DNA from: an uncultured Chloroflexia bacterium
Lineage (GTDB): Bacteria > Chloroflexota > Limnocylindria > QHBO01
Direction of reading: 5' to 3'
DNA: 64,000 nucleotides
NCBI GenBank assembly: GCA_963812115.1
Contig: CAWEUD010000005.1
Coordinates: forward strand, 64,048-128,047
Part shown: positions 19,194 through 30,632 of the stretch, piece after piece
Layout: each line of letters opens with the position of its first letter
Numbering within the stretch: position 1 is the stretch's first letter
Notes under the pieces: model-generated
The model's input: the letters and a program-made list of their open reading frames with translations, nothing else
Told to the model about the DNA's origin: nothing
Databases searched by the model: none
Position numbers and translations under genes: made by a program

Positions 19194-20051
19194 TCAGGTC
19201 GAGAAGCGGACCATCCGCGCATCGGTGACCGGCTCGTACCCGATCGCGATGTAGACGTGGTTCGCGGTGGCGTTCGCCAGGTCCGTGTACAGGAAGCAGA
19301 ACCGTCGACCCTGGTCCAGGTTCCACTGGCTGACGAAGGCGGTCAGGGCGCTGGCGTAGCCCCGTCCCCGGTCGGCGGGCGCGGTGTAGACCGGGCCGAT
19401 GCGAATTCCGTGCGGCGTGGGGCTGTGCGCCGAGACGATCGAGACCGGCCGGCCTGCCGCCTCCCACAGCCAGAACTGTCGTTGGCCGCCAGGATCCCAA
19501 GCGTCGACCATGCCCGCGACGCGTTCGGCATCCTGCTCCGGCAGCGCCTCGAGGTGGAAGTCGACCATCCAGCGGCGGAGGAGCGCCCTGTCTCCATCGG
19601 TCGCGCGGCGGGCACTGCCTGCCACGCTCGACGGCGGCGTCACGCGCGACAGGCGGTAGATGCGCTCCTCCATCAGTGGCTCGGCGCGACCGTCGTGGTG
19701 CGTAGTCCAGGCCGCCGCGAAGTGGTCGACGGCGTCGGGGGGTCCGGTCACGCCGGGGAGGTCGACACCGGCGAGTTCATCGGCCAGCAGCCGCAGCGCC
19801 ATCGGGTCATCGACCTCCGAGAGCAGAAGGTTCCACGGTGGCCATCGCATCGCGACCGCCACCGGCGTCCCTTCGTCCGCGATGACGGCGAAGTACGGCC
19901 TGGCATCGGCATCGGCATCGGCATCGGCGTCGTCGGCCAGGTCGCCGGCGATGCCCAGCATGAGGTTGTGCTCGGCCTCGCGCTCGGCCAGCCAGGCGCC
20001 CGCAGCGGCCAGGAAGTCGTGGGCGCGACGGTAGGTGGTCAGCCGCAACAT
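19194..20051 (-). CDS. GNAT acetyltransferase (two-domain, FR47-like C-terminus)
   Basis: 'REAEHNLMLGI', 'IGPVYTAPADRGRGYASAL', 'LYTDLANATANHVYIAIGY'. Confidence 0.88.
   Translation of the reverse strand: MLRLTTYRRAHDFLAAAGAWLAEREAEHNLMLGIAGDLADDADADADADARPYFAVIADEGTPVAVAMRWPPWNLLLSEVDDPMALRLLADELAGVDLPGVTGPPDAVDHFAAAWTTHHDGRAEPLMEERIYRLSRVTPPSSVAGSARRATDGDRALLRRWMVDFHLEALPEQDAERVAGMVDAWDPGGQRQFWLWEAAGRPVSIVSAHSPTPHGIRIGPVYTAPADRGRGYASALTAFVSQWNLDQGRRFCFLYTDLANATANHVYIAIGYEPVTDARMVRFST
19902..19931. repeat. (GGCATC)4 hexamer microsatellite encoding a DADADADA loop
   Basis: Four perfect GGCATC units followed by GGCGTC. Confidence 0.85.
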
Positions 20052-20074
20052 CGACGAGAGGGTACGCTTTGGGC

Positions 20075-21064
20075 ATGACGAAGATGGGTTACGCATGCAT
20101 GCTCGAGCAGTTCCATCCGACGGACCTGCTCGACTGGGCCGAGCAGGCCGAGGGGGCCGGCTTCAGTGCCGGGTTCCAGGTGAGCGAGCACTTCCACCCG
20201 TGGACGCCGCAGCAGGGCCAGTCGGCCTTCGCCTTCAGCTTCATGGGGGCGCTCGGCCAACGCACCTCGCTGCCGTTCGGCACGGCGGTCACCTGTCCCG
20301 GCTTCCGCTACCACCCGGCAGTCATCGCGCACGCGGCCGGCACGCTGGGCGCCATGTACCCCGGTCGCTTCTGGCTGGGCCTGGGCGCCGGCGAGGCGCT
20401 CAACGAGCACGTCATCGGCGGGGAGTGGCCCGAGATCGGCATTCGCTCGGCCATGATGTTCGAGGCCATCGAGGTCATCGACAAGCTCTTCACCGGCAAG
20501 GTCGTCAAGCACGACGGCGAGTACTTCACGCTCGAGTCGGCGCGCCTCTACACCCTGCCCGAGCAGCGCGTCCCCGTCTACGTGGCCACCGCCGGCCCGT
20601 TGAACGCGAAACGCACCGGCAGGTACGCGGACGGCATTATCACCGTGGGTGCGGCCGACGAGAAGATCAACATGCTCTGGGACAAGTTCCGCGAGGGCGC
20701 CCGCGAGGCTGGCAAGGATCCCTCGAAGATGGCGACGCAGCTGCAGGTCCACGTCTCGTGGGCGGAGTCGCAGCAGGCCGCCGAGGAGCAGGCGCTGAAG
20801 GAGTGGCCGAACGGCGGCATGCCCTTCCCGAAGCAGGACATCAAGAACCCGGAGGACTTCGCCAACATGGCGAAGCTGGTCCGGATCGAGAACTTCGCCA
20901 ACCGGATGATGATCAGCGCCGATCTCGACGCGTACGTCGAGATGCTGCAGAACTACGTCGACATGGGCTTCGACGAGATCTACCTGCACAACGTCGGGCG
21001 CAACCAGGCGGAGTTCATCAGCACCTTCGGCTCCAAGGTGCTCCCGCGCCTGAAGCTGTCCTAG
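20075..21064 (+). CDS. F420-dependent LLM oxidoreductase, G6PDH-like (TIGR03557-type)
   Basis: 'EQFHP', 'SEHFHPW', 'YHPAVIAHA', 'LGLGAGEALNEH'. Confidence 0.88.
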   Translation: MTKMGYACMLEQFHPTDLLDWAEQAEGAGFSAGFQVSEHFHPWTPQQGQSAFAFSFMGALGQRTSLPFGTAVTCPGFRYHPAVIAHAAGTLGAMYPGRFWLGLGAGEALNEHVIGGEWPEIGIRSAMMFEAIEVIDKLFTGKVVKHDGEYFTLESARLYTLPEQRVPVYVATAGPLNAKRTGRYADGIITVGAADEKINMLWDKFREGAREAGKDPSKMATQLQVHVSWAESQQAAEEQALKEWPNGGMPFPKQDIKNPEDFANMAKLVRIENFANRMMISADLDAYVEMLQNYVDMGFDEIYLHNVGRNQAEFISTFGSKVLPRLKLS

Positions 21065-21076
21065 GAGCGAAGGCCG

Positions 21077-21505
21077 ATGCCGGCGCTGGACCCCGATGAG
21101 GCCCGGCGCCGGTTGAGCGCGGCGCGGGTCGCCCGCCTGGCCACCATAAGGGCTGATGGGCGTCCCCATCTCGTCCCGATCGTCTTCGCGGTCGACGGGG
21201 AGACCGTCTACTCCGTCGCCGACCCGAAGCCGAAGTCCGGGCTGGACCTGCTGCGGCACCGGAACATCGCGGCAAACCCGGCGGTCTCGCTCCTGGTGGA
21301 TGACTATCACGAGCCGTGGTCCGGCATCTGGTGGGTGCGAGCTGATGGCACGGCGGAGGTCGTGGTCGATGGCGCGCCGCGTGACTCGGCGATCCGGCTG
21401 CTGCGGGCCAGGTATCCGGACTACGAGACCTGGACGGAGCCGTTCGGGGCCGCCACGATTATCCGCGTCGCCAGCTGGACCGGCTGGGAGCTCGGCAACC
21501 GCTGA
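21077..21505 (+). CDS. PPOX-class F420-dependent oxidoreductase (Rv0121-like)
   Basis: 'ARVARLAT..DGRPHLVPIVFA', 'KPKS', 'RNIAANPAVSLLVDDY..W..WWVRADG'. Confidence 0.85.
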   Translation: MPALDPDEARRRLSAARVARLATIRADGRPHLVPIVFAVDGETVYSVADPKPKSGLDLLRHRNIAANPAVSLLVDDYHEPWSGIWWVRADGTAEVVVDGAPRDSAIRLLRARYPDYETWTEPFGAATIIRVASWTGWELGNR

Positions 21506-22047
21506 TGGTCGTCCTCCTGACGAACCGGCTGCGGCTGCGCCGCTTCACCCCGTCGGACGCCACGCCCCTTGCCGAGCTGGACGCCGACTCGGAGGTGACG
21601 TTCTTCATCACCGGCGGCGTTCCCGAATTCGATGGGGCCATGCTCAGGCACTGGATCGCCGAGTACGACAGCCTCCCCGGGTGCGGCACCTGGGCCGCCG
21701 AGGAGCGCAGCGGCGACTTCATCGGATGGTTCCACCTCCGGCCTAACAGTGGCCTCCGCGATGAGCTCGAGCTCGGCTATCGGCTGCGACGCAGTGCCTG
21801 GGGCAAGGGCTACGCGACCGAGGGCTCGCGCGCCCTCGTTGCGCGCGCGTTCGACGAGCTCGGGGCCGAGCGCGTTGTGGCCCACGCCATGGCGATCCAC
21901 AGGGCTTCACGACGCGTGATGGAGAAGGCTGGCCTCCGCTTCATCCGGACCTTCCGCGAGGACTGGCCCTACCGCATCCCGGGCGACGAGCATGGCGACG
22001 TCGAGTACGCGATCACGCGCGAGGAGTGGGCGGCGCGACGACACTAG
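21505..22047 (+). CDS. GNAT N-acetyltransferase, RimJ/RimL family
   Basis: 'TNRLRLRRFT', 'ELGYRLRRSAWGKGYATE', 'ASRRVMEKAGL'. Confidence 0.9.
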   Translation: MVVLLTNRLRLRRFTPSDATPLAELDADSEVTFFITGGVPEFDGAMLRHWIAEYDSLPGCGTWAAEERSGDFIGWFHLRPNSGLRDELELGYRLRRSAWGKGYATEGSRALVARAFDELGAERVVAHAMAIHRASRRVMEKAGLRFIRTFREDWPYRIPGDEHGDVEYAITREEWAARRH

Positions 22048-22059
22048 CCCTGCCAGTGG

Positions 22060-23295
<1,236 letters not shown>

Positions 23296-23428
23296 CGTTC
23301 GGCCGATGCTAGCAGGGTGCGGTCGGACGGCCGTCCCCGCGCAGCGTCCTGCCAGCCACAGGAGGCTGAGGAGCCCGACTCCGGGAACCAGGATCATCAG
23401 CACGCCAGGAGCCGGTACGATCCGCGGC

Positions 23429-24868
23429 ATGGGCGCCCGCGCGGAGAGCCAGATTCCCGAGCCCGGCCGACGCCGCGGGTGGTGGCTGCGCGATGCGCTT
23501 GCCGCGGAGGGCGACCCCGCCCCGGCGCCGCCGCTGCGGGGTGACGAGCATGCCGACGTGGCGATCATCGGTGGTGGCTACACCGGCATGTGGACCGCCT
23601 ACTTCCTCGCGAAGCGCGCTCCCGGGACGCGCATCGTGCTCCTGGAGCAGGACATCTGTGGCGGCGGACCATCGGGCCGCAACGGCGGCTTCGTGCACGG
23701 CTGGTGGGAGGACCTCCCCTACCTGGTGGACCGATACGGGCGCGAGGCAGGCCTGGAGATCGCGCGCCAGGCGGACGAGGTCGTCGACGGCATCGGCGCA
23801 TGGTGCGCCGAGCACGATGTCGATGCGGGGTTCACGAAGGCCGGCTACCTGACCGTCAACGCCTTCCCCGGGCGTCCCAGCGCCTGGGGCCCCAGGGTGG
23901 CGAGGCTCTGGGAGCTGGGCGCCGCTGAGCACTTGCAGCCGCTCTCACCCGCCGAGGTGCAGCGGGTCTGCGCCTCCCCGGCCTTCGGCGACGGCCTGCT
24001 GATGCCGAGCGCCGCGTCGATCCAGCCGGCCCGGCTCGCACGCGGCTTGCGCCGCGTCCTGCTCGAGCAGGGCGTGGTGATCCACGAGGGCACCTCCGTC
24101 CACGGCCTGCGAGGGCGCGATGGCCGCGTGCGGGTCGAGACGCTGGCAGGCTCGGTGACGACGGACCAGGCCGTGCTCGCGGTCAACGCCTGGGCGGCGG
24201 GCTGGCCGGGCTTCCGGAGTCGCGTCCTCGCCTGGGGCAGCTACATGGTGATGACCGAGCCGATCCCCCGGCAGCTGGATGAGATCGGCTGGACCGGCGG
24301 CGAGCTGCTCAGCGACGACCGCTACACGATCAGCTACTTCCGGACCACCGCGGACGGCCGCATCGCGTTCGGTGCCGGCGTGGGCGCCGCCGGCTTTGGC
24401 GGGCGCATCGGCCCGGTCTTCACGCACGACCGCCGAGCGGTGCGGCGCGTGGTGGCGAATCTGGACCACCTGCTGCCGATGCTGCGCGAGGTGCGGCTGG
24501 AGGATGCCTGGGGCGGTCCCATCGATATCACCGGCGACCGCATGCCGGAGATCGGGAGCACGCAGCGCGGCCGACTCCACTTCGCCCACGGCTTTCGCAG
24601 GGAACGGTGCCGGGCCATCGCGCTTCGCGGGCCGTATCCTCGCCGCGCTGGTCGACCGGCCGGACGACCCACTGGCACGCCTGCCGATCGTCGGCCAGCC
24701 GACAGCCGCTGCTGCCGCCGGAGCCGGTCCGCTTCGCGGGCGGCCCGACTGGTGCGCGAGGCGCTCATCCGGCAGGACGACGCCTACGACGCGGGGCGCC
24801 GTCCGTCGCGCGTCCTGGACGCGATCGGTCGGCTGCCGTCCTTGCTCGGCTACCGCATCGGCCGCTGA
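23429..24868 (+). CDS. FAD-dependent oxidoreductase (PuuB/DAO family) with three +1 frameshifts near 24595, 24700 and 24743
   Basis: 'IIGGGYTG', 'GPSGRNGG', '[10 protein letters not shown]', 'WGGPID'; conserved '[10 protein letters not shown]' and 'PPEPVR' lie in other frames. Confidence 0.87.
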   Translation: MGARAESQIPEPGRRRGWWLRDALAAEGDPAPAPPLRGDEHADVAIIGGGYTGMWTAYFLAKRAPGTRIVLLEQDICGGGPSGRNGGFVHGWWEDLPYLVDRYGREAGLEIARQADEVVDGIGAWCAEHDVDAGFTKAGYLTVNAFPGRPSAWGPRVARLWELGAAEHLQPLSPAEVQRVCASPAFGDGLLMPSAASIQPARLARGLRRVLLEQGVVIHEGTSVHGLRGRDGRVRVETLAGSVTTDQAVLAVNAWAAGWPGFRSRVLAWGSYMVMTEPIPRQLDEIGWTGGELLSDDRYTISYFRTTADGRIAFGAGVGAAGFGGRIGPVFTHDRRAVRRVVANLDHLLPMLREVRLEDAWGGPIDITGDRMPEIGSTQRGRLHFAHGFRRERCRAIALRGPYPRRAGRPAGRPTGTPADRRPADSRCCRRSRSASRAARLVREALIRQDDAYDAGRRPSRVLDAIGRLPSLLGYRIGR

Positions 24869-24890
24869 GGGTGCCGAGCGGCGGCTCGCC

Positions 24891-25112
24891 TCAGGCGGAG
24901 CGCCGCGCTGGATGGGTCGCCGTCACTGCGTCGAGCAGTCGTCGCGAGACCGCCGCCACCTCGTCCACCGCGGCGTCGAACGCGGCCTCGTTGGCGGGCG
25001 ACGGCTTGCGGTAGCCGCTCACCTTGCGCACGTACTGCAGCGCGGCGGCGCGCACGTCATCGTCGGAGGCTGGCTGGTCCAGGATGCGGAGCGTCTTGAT
25101 CGATCGGCACAT
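24891..25112 (-). CDS. DUF2277 family protein
   Basis: 'MCRSIKTL', 'VRAAALQYVRKVSG..KPS..NEAAF..AV'. Confidence 0.85.
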   Translation of the reverse strand: MCRSIKTLRILDQPASDDDVRAAALQYVRKVSGYRKPSPANEAAFDAAVDEVAAVSRRLLDAVTATHPARRSA

Positions 25113-25122
25113 GCCGCGCAGT

Positions 25123-25773
25123 CTACGTCTCCGCCAGGAGCTCCTCCAGCGAGTCGATGATGCGGTCGGAGGCGGAGACATCGGTCTCGGCGAACTGCGG
25201 GACGGCGATGCAGGTCAGCCCCGCCGCCTTGGCGGCGGTCACGCCGCTCGCCGAGTCCTCCAGCGCGAGCGTATCCTCCGGCACCACGCCCAGCCGCTCG
25301 CAGGCGAGCAGGTAAAGGTCCGGCGCCGGCTTGGGGCGCGCGACATCGTCGGAGGTCACGATCACGTCGAAGGCGTCGCCGACGCGCGCAGTGGCCATGG
25401 CGGTGTCGACGAGCGCCCTCGGCGAGTTCGAGGCCAGTCCCAACCGGGTGTGGCCGCGCAGGCGTTCCACCAGCTCGAACGCGCCCGGCCGGCTCTCGAC
25501 CTGCTCGCGCAGGTGGCCGTGCATCAGGTCGATCATCTCGCGCACGAGGCCCGGTCCCTGGTCGTGCGGAACGCCAAGCCGATCCGCGAAGTAATCCGCG
25601 GTGAACGCGAAGCTGGTGCCGATGACGGTCATCTTGTCGTCCCAGGTGAATTCGGCTCCCCGGCGGGCGAAGAGCTCCACCTCGGCCTGATGCCAGAGGA
25701 TCTCGGTGTCCAGCAGCAGGCCGTCCATGTCGAAGATGACCGCGCGGAAGCGGTCGCGCAGCAGGTGGGTCAC
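25123..25773 (-). CDS. HAD-superfamily phosphatase (Cbby/beta-PGM-like)
   Basis: '[12 protein letters not shown]', 'LASNS', 'KPAPDLY', 'LEDSASG'; GTG start coupled to upstream stop. Confidence 0.92.
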   Translation of the reverse strand: MTHLLRDRFRAVIFDMDGLLLDTEILWHQAEVELFARRGAEFTWDDKMTVIGTSFAFTADYFADRLGVPHDQGPGLVREMIDLMHGHLREQVESRPGAFELVERLRGHTRLGLASNSPRALVDTAMATARVGDAFDVIVTSDDVARPKPAPDLYLLACERLGVVPEDTLALEDSASGVTAAKAAGLTCIAVPQFAETDVSASDRIIDSLEELLAET

Positions 25774-27002
25774 ACGCTGACTGGGAAGAACGAGGCGTCG
25801 GCCTCGGCCAGGGATCGGAGCAGGGGCACGACCCGATAGCGTCCATCCGGGACGGCAGCCTGCAGCGCATCGAGCGTATGGACCACGTGGACCAGGCCGA
25901 TCCGCTCGCCCCACTCCAGCGGCCCTGACGGGTAGTTCATGCCGAGCCGCATGGCGGTGTCGACGGCGTCGGGGGAGGCGACACCATCCGCGACCGCCGA
26001 CGCGGCCTCGTTCACGATCGTTGCCAGGATTCGCGCGGCGATCTGCTGCTCGTCCAGTCGCTGCAGCGGCGGCCCGTCGGGCCTGCGTGAGAGCCCTGGC
26101 CAGGCGCGGCCGCGCGCACCGTCGGAACCGTAGTCGTAGAACCCTGCGCCGGCCTTGCGACCGAGGCGCCCGGCCGTCACCAGGCTGCGCTGCAGCGGGT
26201 GTGGTCGGTAGCGCGGGTCGTGGAAGAACTGGTCGAACACGCTCTGGCTGACCGCGAAGTTCACGTCCAGGCCGATGGTGTCGAGGAGCTCGAACGGTCC
26301 CATCCGGAAGCCGATGCCACGCATGGCGGCATCAACCGCCTCTACCTCGGCGGCCCCATCGCCGACGATGCGCAGCGCCTCGAGGTAGTAGGGCCGCGCG
26401 ACGCGGTTGACGATGAAGCCTGGCGTATCGGCTGCCAGCACCGGCGTCTTGCCGAGCCGCCGCGCAAGGCGGGCGACCGCATCGGTCACGGCGGGCTCCG
26501 TCATGGCGCCCGCCACCACCTCGACCAGGGGCATGAGCGGAACAGGGTTGAAGAAGTGCATGCCGACGACCCTGCCCGGCCGCTCGGTGGCGGCAGCGAT
26601 GGCACCGACAGACAGGCTGCTCGTATTGGTGGCAAGCACCGATTCCCGGCTCGTCGTCGCATCCAGCACGCGGAATGCCTCGCGCTTCAGCTCGAGCTCT
26701 TCCGGGATCGCCTCGATCACCACGTCCGCGTCGCTAGCCAGCTCCTCGAGGCTGCCCGTCGCATCGATGCAGGCCATGGCGGCCTCGCGCTGCTGCGCCG
26801 TCATCTGCTCCTTCTCGACCTTCCGCGCCAGGAACCGGCTGATTCGCTCGCGCGCCCGTTCCACCGCCCCGGGAACCGGATCGTGCAGGCGGACGTGGAG
26901 GCCGGCCTCTGCCGCCACCTGGACGATCCCGCTGCCCATCGTCCCGGCACCAAGTACCGAAACCCGCTCGACCGCCGCCAGCCGCTCTCCGTCAGCGGCC
27001 AA
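25770..27002 (-). CDS. paaH: 3-hydroxyacyl-CoA dehydrogenase (PaaH-like)
   Basis: '[11 protein letters not shown]', '[10 protein letters not shown]', 'ATNTSSLS', 'GMHFFNP', 'DTPGFIVNR'; TTG start inferred. Confidence 0.88.
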   Translation of the reverse strand: MAADGERLAAVERVSVLGAGTMGSGIVQVAAEAGLHVRLHDPVPGAVERARERISRFLARKVEKEQMTAQQREAAMACIDATGSLEELASDADVVIEAIPEELELKREAFRVLDATTSRESVLATNTSSLSVGAIAAATERPGRVVGMHFFNPVPLMPLVEVVAGAMTEPAVTDAVARLARRLGKTPVLAADTPGFIVNRVARPYYLEALRIVGDGAAEVEAVDAAMRGIGFRMGPFELLDTIGLDVNFAVSQSVFDQFFHDPRYRPHPLQRSLVTAGRLGRKAGAGFYDYGSDGARGRAWPGLSRRPDGPPLQRLDEQQIAARILATIVNEAASAVADGVASPDAVDTAMRLGMNYPSGPLEWGERIGLVHVVHTLDALQAAVPDGRYRVVPLLRSLAEADASFFPVSV

Positions 27003-27777
27003 CGAAGCGCGGCTCCCGCTTCTCGCCGAAGGCCGCGATGCCCTCGGCATGGTCCTGCGTCCGGCCGGCCAGCTCCTGCAGCGCTGCCTCCGTCGCCAGG
27101 CTCTCGTCCAGCGATGCATCCTCCGCCTGGTTGATCAGGCGCTTGGCCAGCCCGAGTGCCTTCGTCGGCGCCGCGGCGAGCCGCTGGGCTGCCTCGGCGA
27201 CCGTTGCACGCAGCGCTGCTGCCGGGACGACCGCATTCACGAGCCCGCTCTCCCTCGCCTCCGCGGCGGTCAGCGGGTCCCCGCCGAAGATGAGCTGCGC
27301 CGCCCGATGGCGGCCGAGGGCGCGTACCAGCGTCCGCGTCGATCCGGAGTCGGGCACCAGGCCGATGCGCACGAAGGCCTGGATGAAGCGCGCCTCGTCA
27401 CTGGCATAGACAAGGTCGCAGGCCAGCGCCAGGCTGACGCCAGCGCCGGCGGCGACCCCGTTGACCGCGGCGACGACCGGTTTCGGCAGCTCCCTGATGG
27501 CCCTGACCAGCGGGTTGTATTCGGTAGCGAGGCGCGTGCGGAAGTCACGTTCATCCGGCCCGGCGCGCAGGTCGGCTCCCGAGCAGAACCCGCGTCCCTC
27601 GCCGGTCAGGACCACGGCGCGCACGGTCTCGTCGCGCGACAGCGCCTTGAAGGCGGCCAGCAGCTCGCGGCGCATCGTGACGTTCAAGGCATTCAGGGAG
27701 TCGGGCCGGTTGAGCACGATGGTGGCGACGCCATCGGCCACCTCGACGCGGATCGTCTCGTGGGCGGGTTCCGGCAT
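26992..27777 (-). CDS. paaG: Enoyl-CoA hydratase/isomerase (PaaG-like)
   Basis: '[14 protein letters not shown]', 'VNGVAAGAG', '[12 protein letters not shown]', '[14 protein letters not shown]'. Confidence 0.82.
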   Translation of the reverse strand: MPEPAHETIRVEVADGVATIVLNRPDSLNALNVTMRRELLAAFKALSRDETVRAVVLTGEGRGFCSGADLRAGPDERDFRTRLATEYNPLVRAIRELPKPVVAAVNGVAAGAGVSLALACDLVYASDEARFIQAFVRIGLVPDSGSTRTLVRALGRHRAAQLIFGGDPLTAAEARESGLVNAVVPAAALRATVAEAAQRLAAAPTKALGLAKRLINQAEDASLDESLATEAALQELAGRTQDHAEGIAAFGEKREPRFVGR

Positions 27778-27848
27778 GCTGCCGATTCTAACCAGCGCGG
27801 CTGGCGCCAGCCAGGCTCCCATGACGCTTCATCACCGCCCATTGGCAC

Positions 27849-27878
27849 TTGACTGGTGACGCCCTCGTGCCATAGCAT
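27849..27878 (+). promoter_or_regulatory. Sigma70-type promoter
   Basis: TTGACT-N18-TAGCAT upstream of the AGGAG SD of the SnoaL gene. Confidence 0.65.
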
Positions 27879-27912
27879 CGGCCCGTCGAGATTTAGCTCA
27901 GGAGCACACGCC

Positions 27913-28299
27913 ATGGACCGTGCCGGAGTAGAACGCTGGATCGCCGCGTACCGCGCGGCGTGGCAGAGCGACTCGCCCGACGACGTTGCCGCACTCTTCA
28001 CCGAGGACGCGACCTACAAGCCGTACCCGTGGCGCCGCGAGGCGACCGGGTGGCAGGGGCGTGACGAGATCGTCGCCAAGTGGGTGGAGCGCGGCGACTC
28101 GAAGATCGGATGGCGCTTCGACCACGAGGTCCTGGCGGTGGATGGCGACACCGCGGTGGTCGAGGGCTGGACCTACTACGACCGTGGCGAGGGCGAGCCC
28201 TGGGACGAGGCGTATGCCAACGTCTGGCTGGTCCGGTTCGCCGATGACGGCCGGGCCCGCGAGTTCAAGGAATGGTGGGTCCAGAAGCCAACCGACTGA
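27913..28299 (+). CDS. NTF2/SnoaL-like protein
   Basis: 'W..AY..AW', 'LFTEDATY', 'GRDEIV..W', 'VDGDTAVVEG..Y', 'FKEWW'. Confidence 0.85.
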   Translation: MDRAGVERWIAAYRAAWQSDSPDDVAALFTEDATYKPYPWRREATGWQGRDEIVAKWVERGDSKIGWRFDHEVLAVDGDTAVVEGWTYYDRGEGEPWDEAYANVWLVRFADDGRAREFKEWWVQKPTD

Positions 28300-28882
28300 T
28301 GCCGCCTTCGCCGGCCATGGCCGCCGCTACGGCGCGGCGACTCGCCTCCCATTCGCCCGCCGGCACCTTGGGGAGCAGGTCGTCCCAGATGGCGAGCATG
28401 GCGCCCCGCATCTGCCACATCCCGAGCGGGCGGGCAAGGAACCAGACGTGGAAGTGGAAGCTGCCGTCGCCCCAGCGGTTGACGTGGACGCGGCCGACGG
28501 ACTCCAGGCGGCCGATGGCGCGGGCGACGCGCTGGATCATCGGCCCCAGCTCGGCAGACTCTCGGGCGGGAAGATCCTCCAGGTCGGCGTGCGCCTTGGG
28601 CTGCATCACCGCCACCATCGGGAGTCCATGAGGCTCCGGGTCCACCAGCAGGCGCCAGCGCTCGTCTTGCCAGGCGACGAACGCCTCGTCACCGCTGCCG
28701 TTGCATGATCGGCAATCGCGCTCCTCCACGCCGTGGCGCTCCGGCTCGGGGAGGATCGGCTCATGGAGCGGCTGCGTGGTGAACTCGCCCTCGAACGGAA
28801 AGAGCGGGTCGCGCACCACCTCGTCGGCCGGCAGCCGCTCCCCAATGGGAAGCCTCCGGAGGTACGCATCCGGCCCGTCCAT
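28265..28882 (-). CDS. HIT-like hydrolase
   Basis: CxxC 'CRSC', 'PKAHADL', HIT variant 'GDGSFHFHVWF'. Confidence 0.75.
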   Translation of the reverse strand: MDGPDAYLRRLPIGERLPADEVVRDPLFPFEGEFTTQPLHEPILPEPERHGVEERDCRSCNGSGDEAFVAWQDERWRLLVDPEPHGLPMVAVMQPKAHADLEDLPARESAELGPMIQRVARAIGRLESVGRVHVNRWGDGSFHFHVWFLARPLGMWQMRGAMLAIWDDLLPKVPAGEWEASRRAVAAAMAGEGGISRLASGPTIP

Positions 28883-28890
28883 CGGCCGCC

Positions 28891-29676
28891 TCAGCGGCCC
28901 GTGAAGTCGGGCTCGCGCTTCTCCATGAAGGCCGCCATTCCCTCCTTCTGGTCCTCGCTGGCGAAGAGCAGGTAGAAGAGTCGGCGCTCGTGGGCCAGCG
29001 CATCGGTCAGGTTCATCTCGTACGCGGCGTTGACGGCCTCCTTGGCCACGCGCAGGGCGATCGGCGACTTGGTGGCAATCTCGGCGGCAAGCACGAGGGC
29101 ATCCTCGACCACTAGCTCGTCCGGCACCACGCGAGCCACGAGGCCTCGATCGGCCGCCTCCCGGGCGGCCATCGGGTCGCCGGTGAGGACCATCTCCATG
29201 GCGCGGCTCTTGCCGATGGCACGGGTCAGCCGCTGCGTCCCGCCCGCGCCGGGGATGACGCCGATGTTGATCTCCGGCTGCCCGAATTTCGCGTTCTCCC
29301 CCGCAAGGATGAGGTCGAGCGTCATGGCCAGCTCGCAGCCTCCACCCAGGCACCAGCCGTTCACCGCGGCGATGACCGGTTTCGTTATGCGCCGAATCCG
29401 GTCCCACTGGGCGATCCGGTTGGTTCGGAGCATGTCGATGGGGGTCGCCTCTGCCATCTCACCGATGTCCGCCCCGGCGGCGAAGGCGCGCTCGCTGCCA
29501 GTGACGACGATGGCGCGAACGGCCTCGTCGCGGTCGAGCTCTTCGAGCGCCTCGCAGAGGGCGTCCATGGTCGCGCCGTTGAGGGCGTTGAGCTGCTTCG
29601 GCCGGTTGAGGCGGACCAGGGCCGTCCGCTGCTCCGCCTGCCGCTCGACGAGGACGAGCTGCTCCGCAGCCGTCAC
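28891..29676 (-). CDS. paaF: Enoyl-CoA hydratase (PaaF-like)
   Basis: 'TGSERAFAAGADI', 'GGGCELAM', 'FGQPEINIGVIPGAGGTQRL', 'EDQKEGMAAFMEKR'. Confidence 0.88.
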   Translation of the reverse strand: MTAAEQLVLVERQAEQRTALVRLNRPKQLNALNGATMDALCEALEELDRDEAVRAIVVTGSERAFAAGADIGEMAEATPIDMLRTNRIAQWDRIRRITKPVIAAVNGWCLGGGCELAMTLDLILAGENAKFGQPEINIGVIPGAGGTQRLTRAIGKSRAMEMVLTGDPMAAREAADRGLVARVVPDELVVEDALVLAAEIATKSPIALRVAKEAVNAAYEMNLTDALAHERRLFYLLFASEDQKEGMAAFMEKREPDFTGR

Positions 29677-30632
29677 GGCTCCGCACGCTCCCACGCATCG
29701 GTCAGGGGCGAGCCGCAGACGCCGCAGAAACCATGTCCCGCCGGAAGGCCCGAGGCGCCGCACCGCCCACACGTCCGCGGCGAGACCGCCATTTCACGCA
29801 GGGCGTCGTAGCGGGGCTCGCGCTTCTCGTGGAACGCGTCCACCGCCTCCTTCGTCTCGTCGGAGGTCGAGTGGATCGCCAGCCAGTCGCGCGCGTGCGT
29901 GACCGTCTGGGACCAGACCAGGTCGCGCCACCAGTTGAGCTGCGCCTTCGTGTAGCGGATCGTCTCCGGCAGCTTGCGCCGGAGGTTGTCGGCCAGGTCG
30001 GCCACGGTGGCGTCGAGCTTGGCGCGCGGGACGACCCGCGAGACCAACCCCCAGTCGAGCGCCTGCTGGGGGGAGATCCGGTCGCAGAGCATGACGATCT
30101 CTCGCGCCCGCCGGTCGCCAACCACCAGCGGTAGCCACTGCGTCGCGCCGCCGGCCGGGACCGACCCGTGCTCGGGCCCGACGTGGCGGATGTAGGTGTC
30201 GTCGACCATCACCGACAGGTCACAGGCCAGCTGCAGCTCCTGGCCGCCACCCACCGCTACGCCGTTAATGCGCGCGATGGTGGGCTTTCCGATGTGGCGC
30301 AGCCGATCGTGCATCTCGATGAAGGCGCCCATCCAGCGCCAGTACTGTCCCGAATGGGTTCCCATGCGGGCCTGCTCGTCCAGGTCCGCACCGGTGCAGA
30401 AGGCGCGATCACCGGCACCGGTCACGACCACCACGGCGACAGCGTCGTCCCAGCTGGCGTCCTCGAAGGCCTGCGCCAGCTCGCGAAGGGTCGTGAAGTC
30501 GAAGGCGTTGAGCACCTCGGGCCGGTCGATCGCCACGGTCGCCACGGCGGCCGCAGAATCCTTTCGGTACCTGATGCGCTCGAATCCGAAGGCCGAAGGA
30601 TCCCGTGGCGTGGGGACCGATGGCTCAGGCAT
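29673..30632 (-). CDS. Crotonase-family ring-opening hydrolase (Oah/BadI/MenB-like) with C-terminal zinc ribbon
   Basis: 'FCTGAD', 'GGGQELQLACD', 'GPEHGSVPAGGAT', 'HARDWLAI'; tail CGRC-x11-CGVC. Confidence 0.78.
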   Translation of the reverse strand: MPEPSVPTPRDPSAFGFERIRYRKDSAAAVATVAIDRPEVLNAFDFTTLRELAQAFEDASWDDAVAVVVVTGAGDRAFCTGADLDEQARMGTHSGQYWRWMGAFIEMHDRLRHIGKPTIARINGVAVGGGQELQLACDLSVMVDDTYIRHVGPEHGSVPAGGATQWLPLVVGDRRAREIVMLCDRISPQQALDWGLVSRVVPRAKLDATVADLADNLRRKLPETIRYTKAQLNWWRDLVWSQTVTHARDWLAIHSTSDETKEAVDAFHEKREPRYDALREMAVSPRTCGRCGASGLPAGHGFCGVCGSPLTDAWERAEP

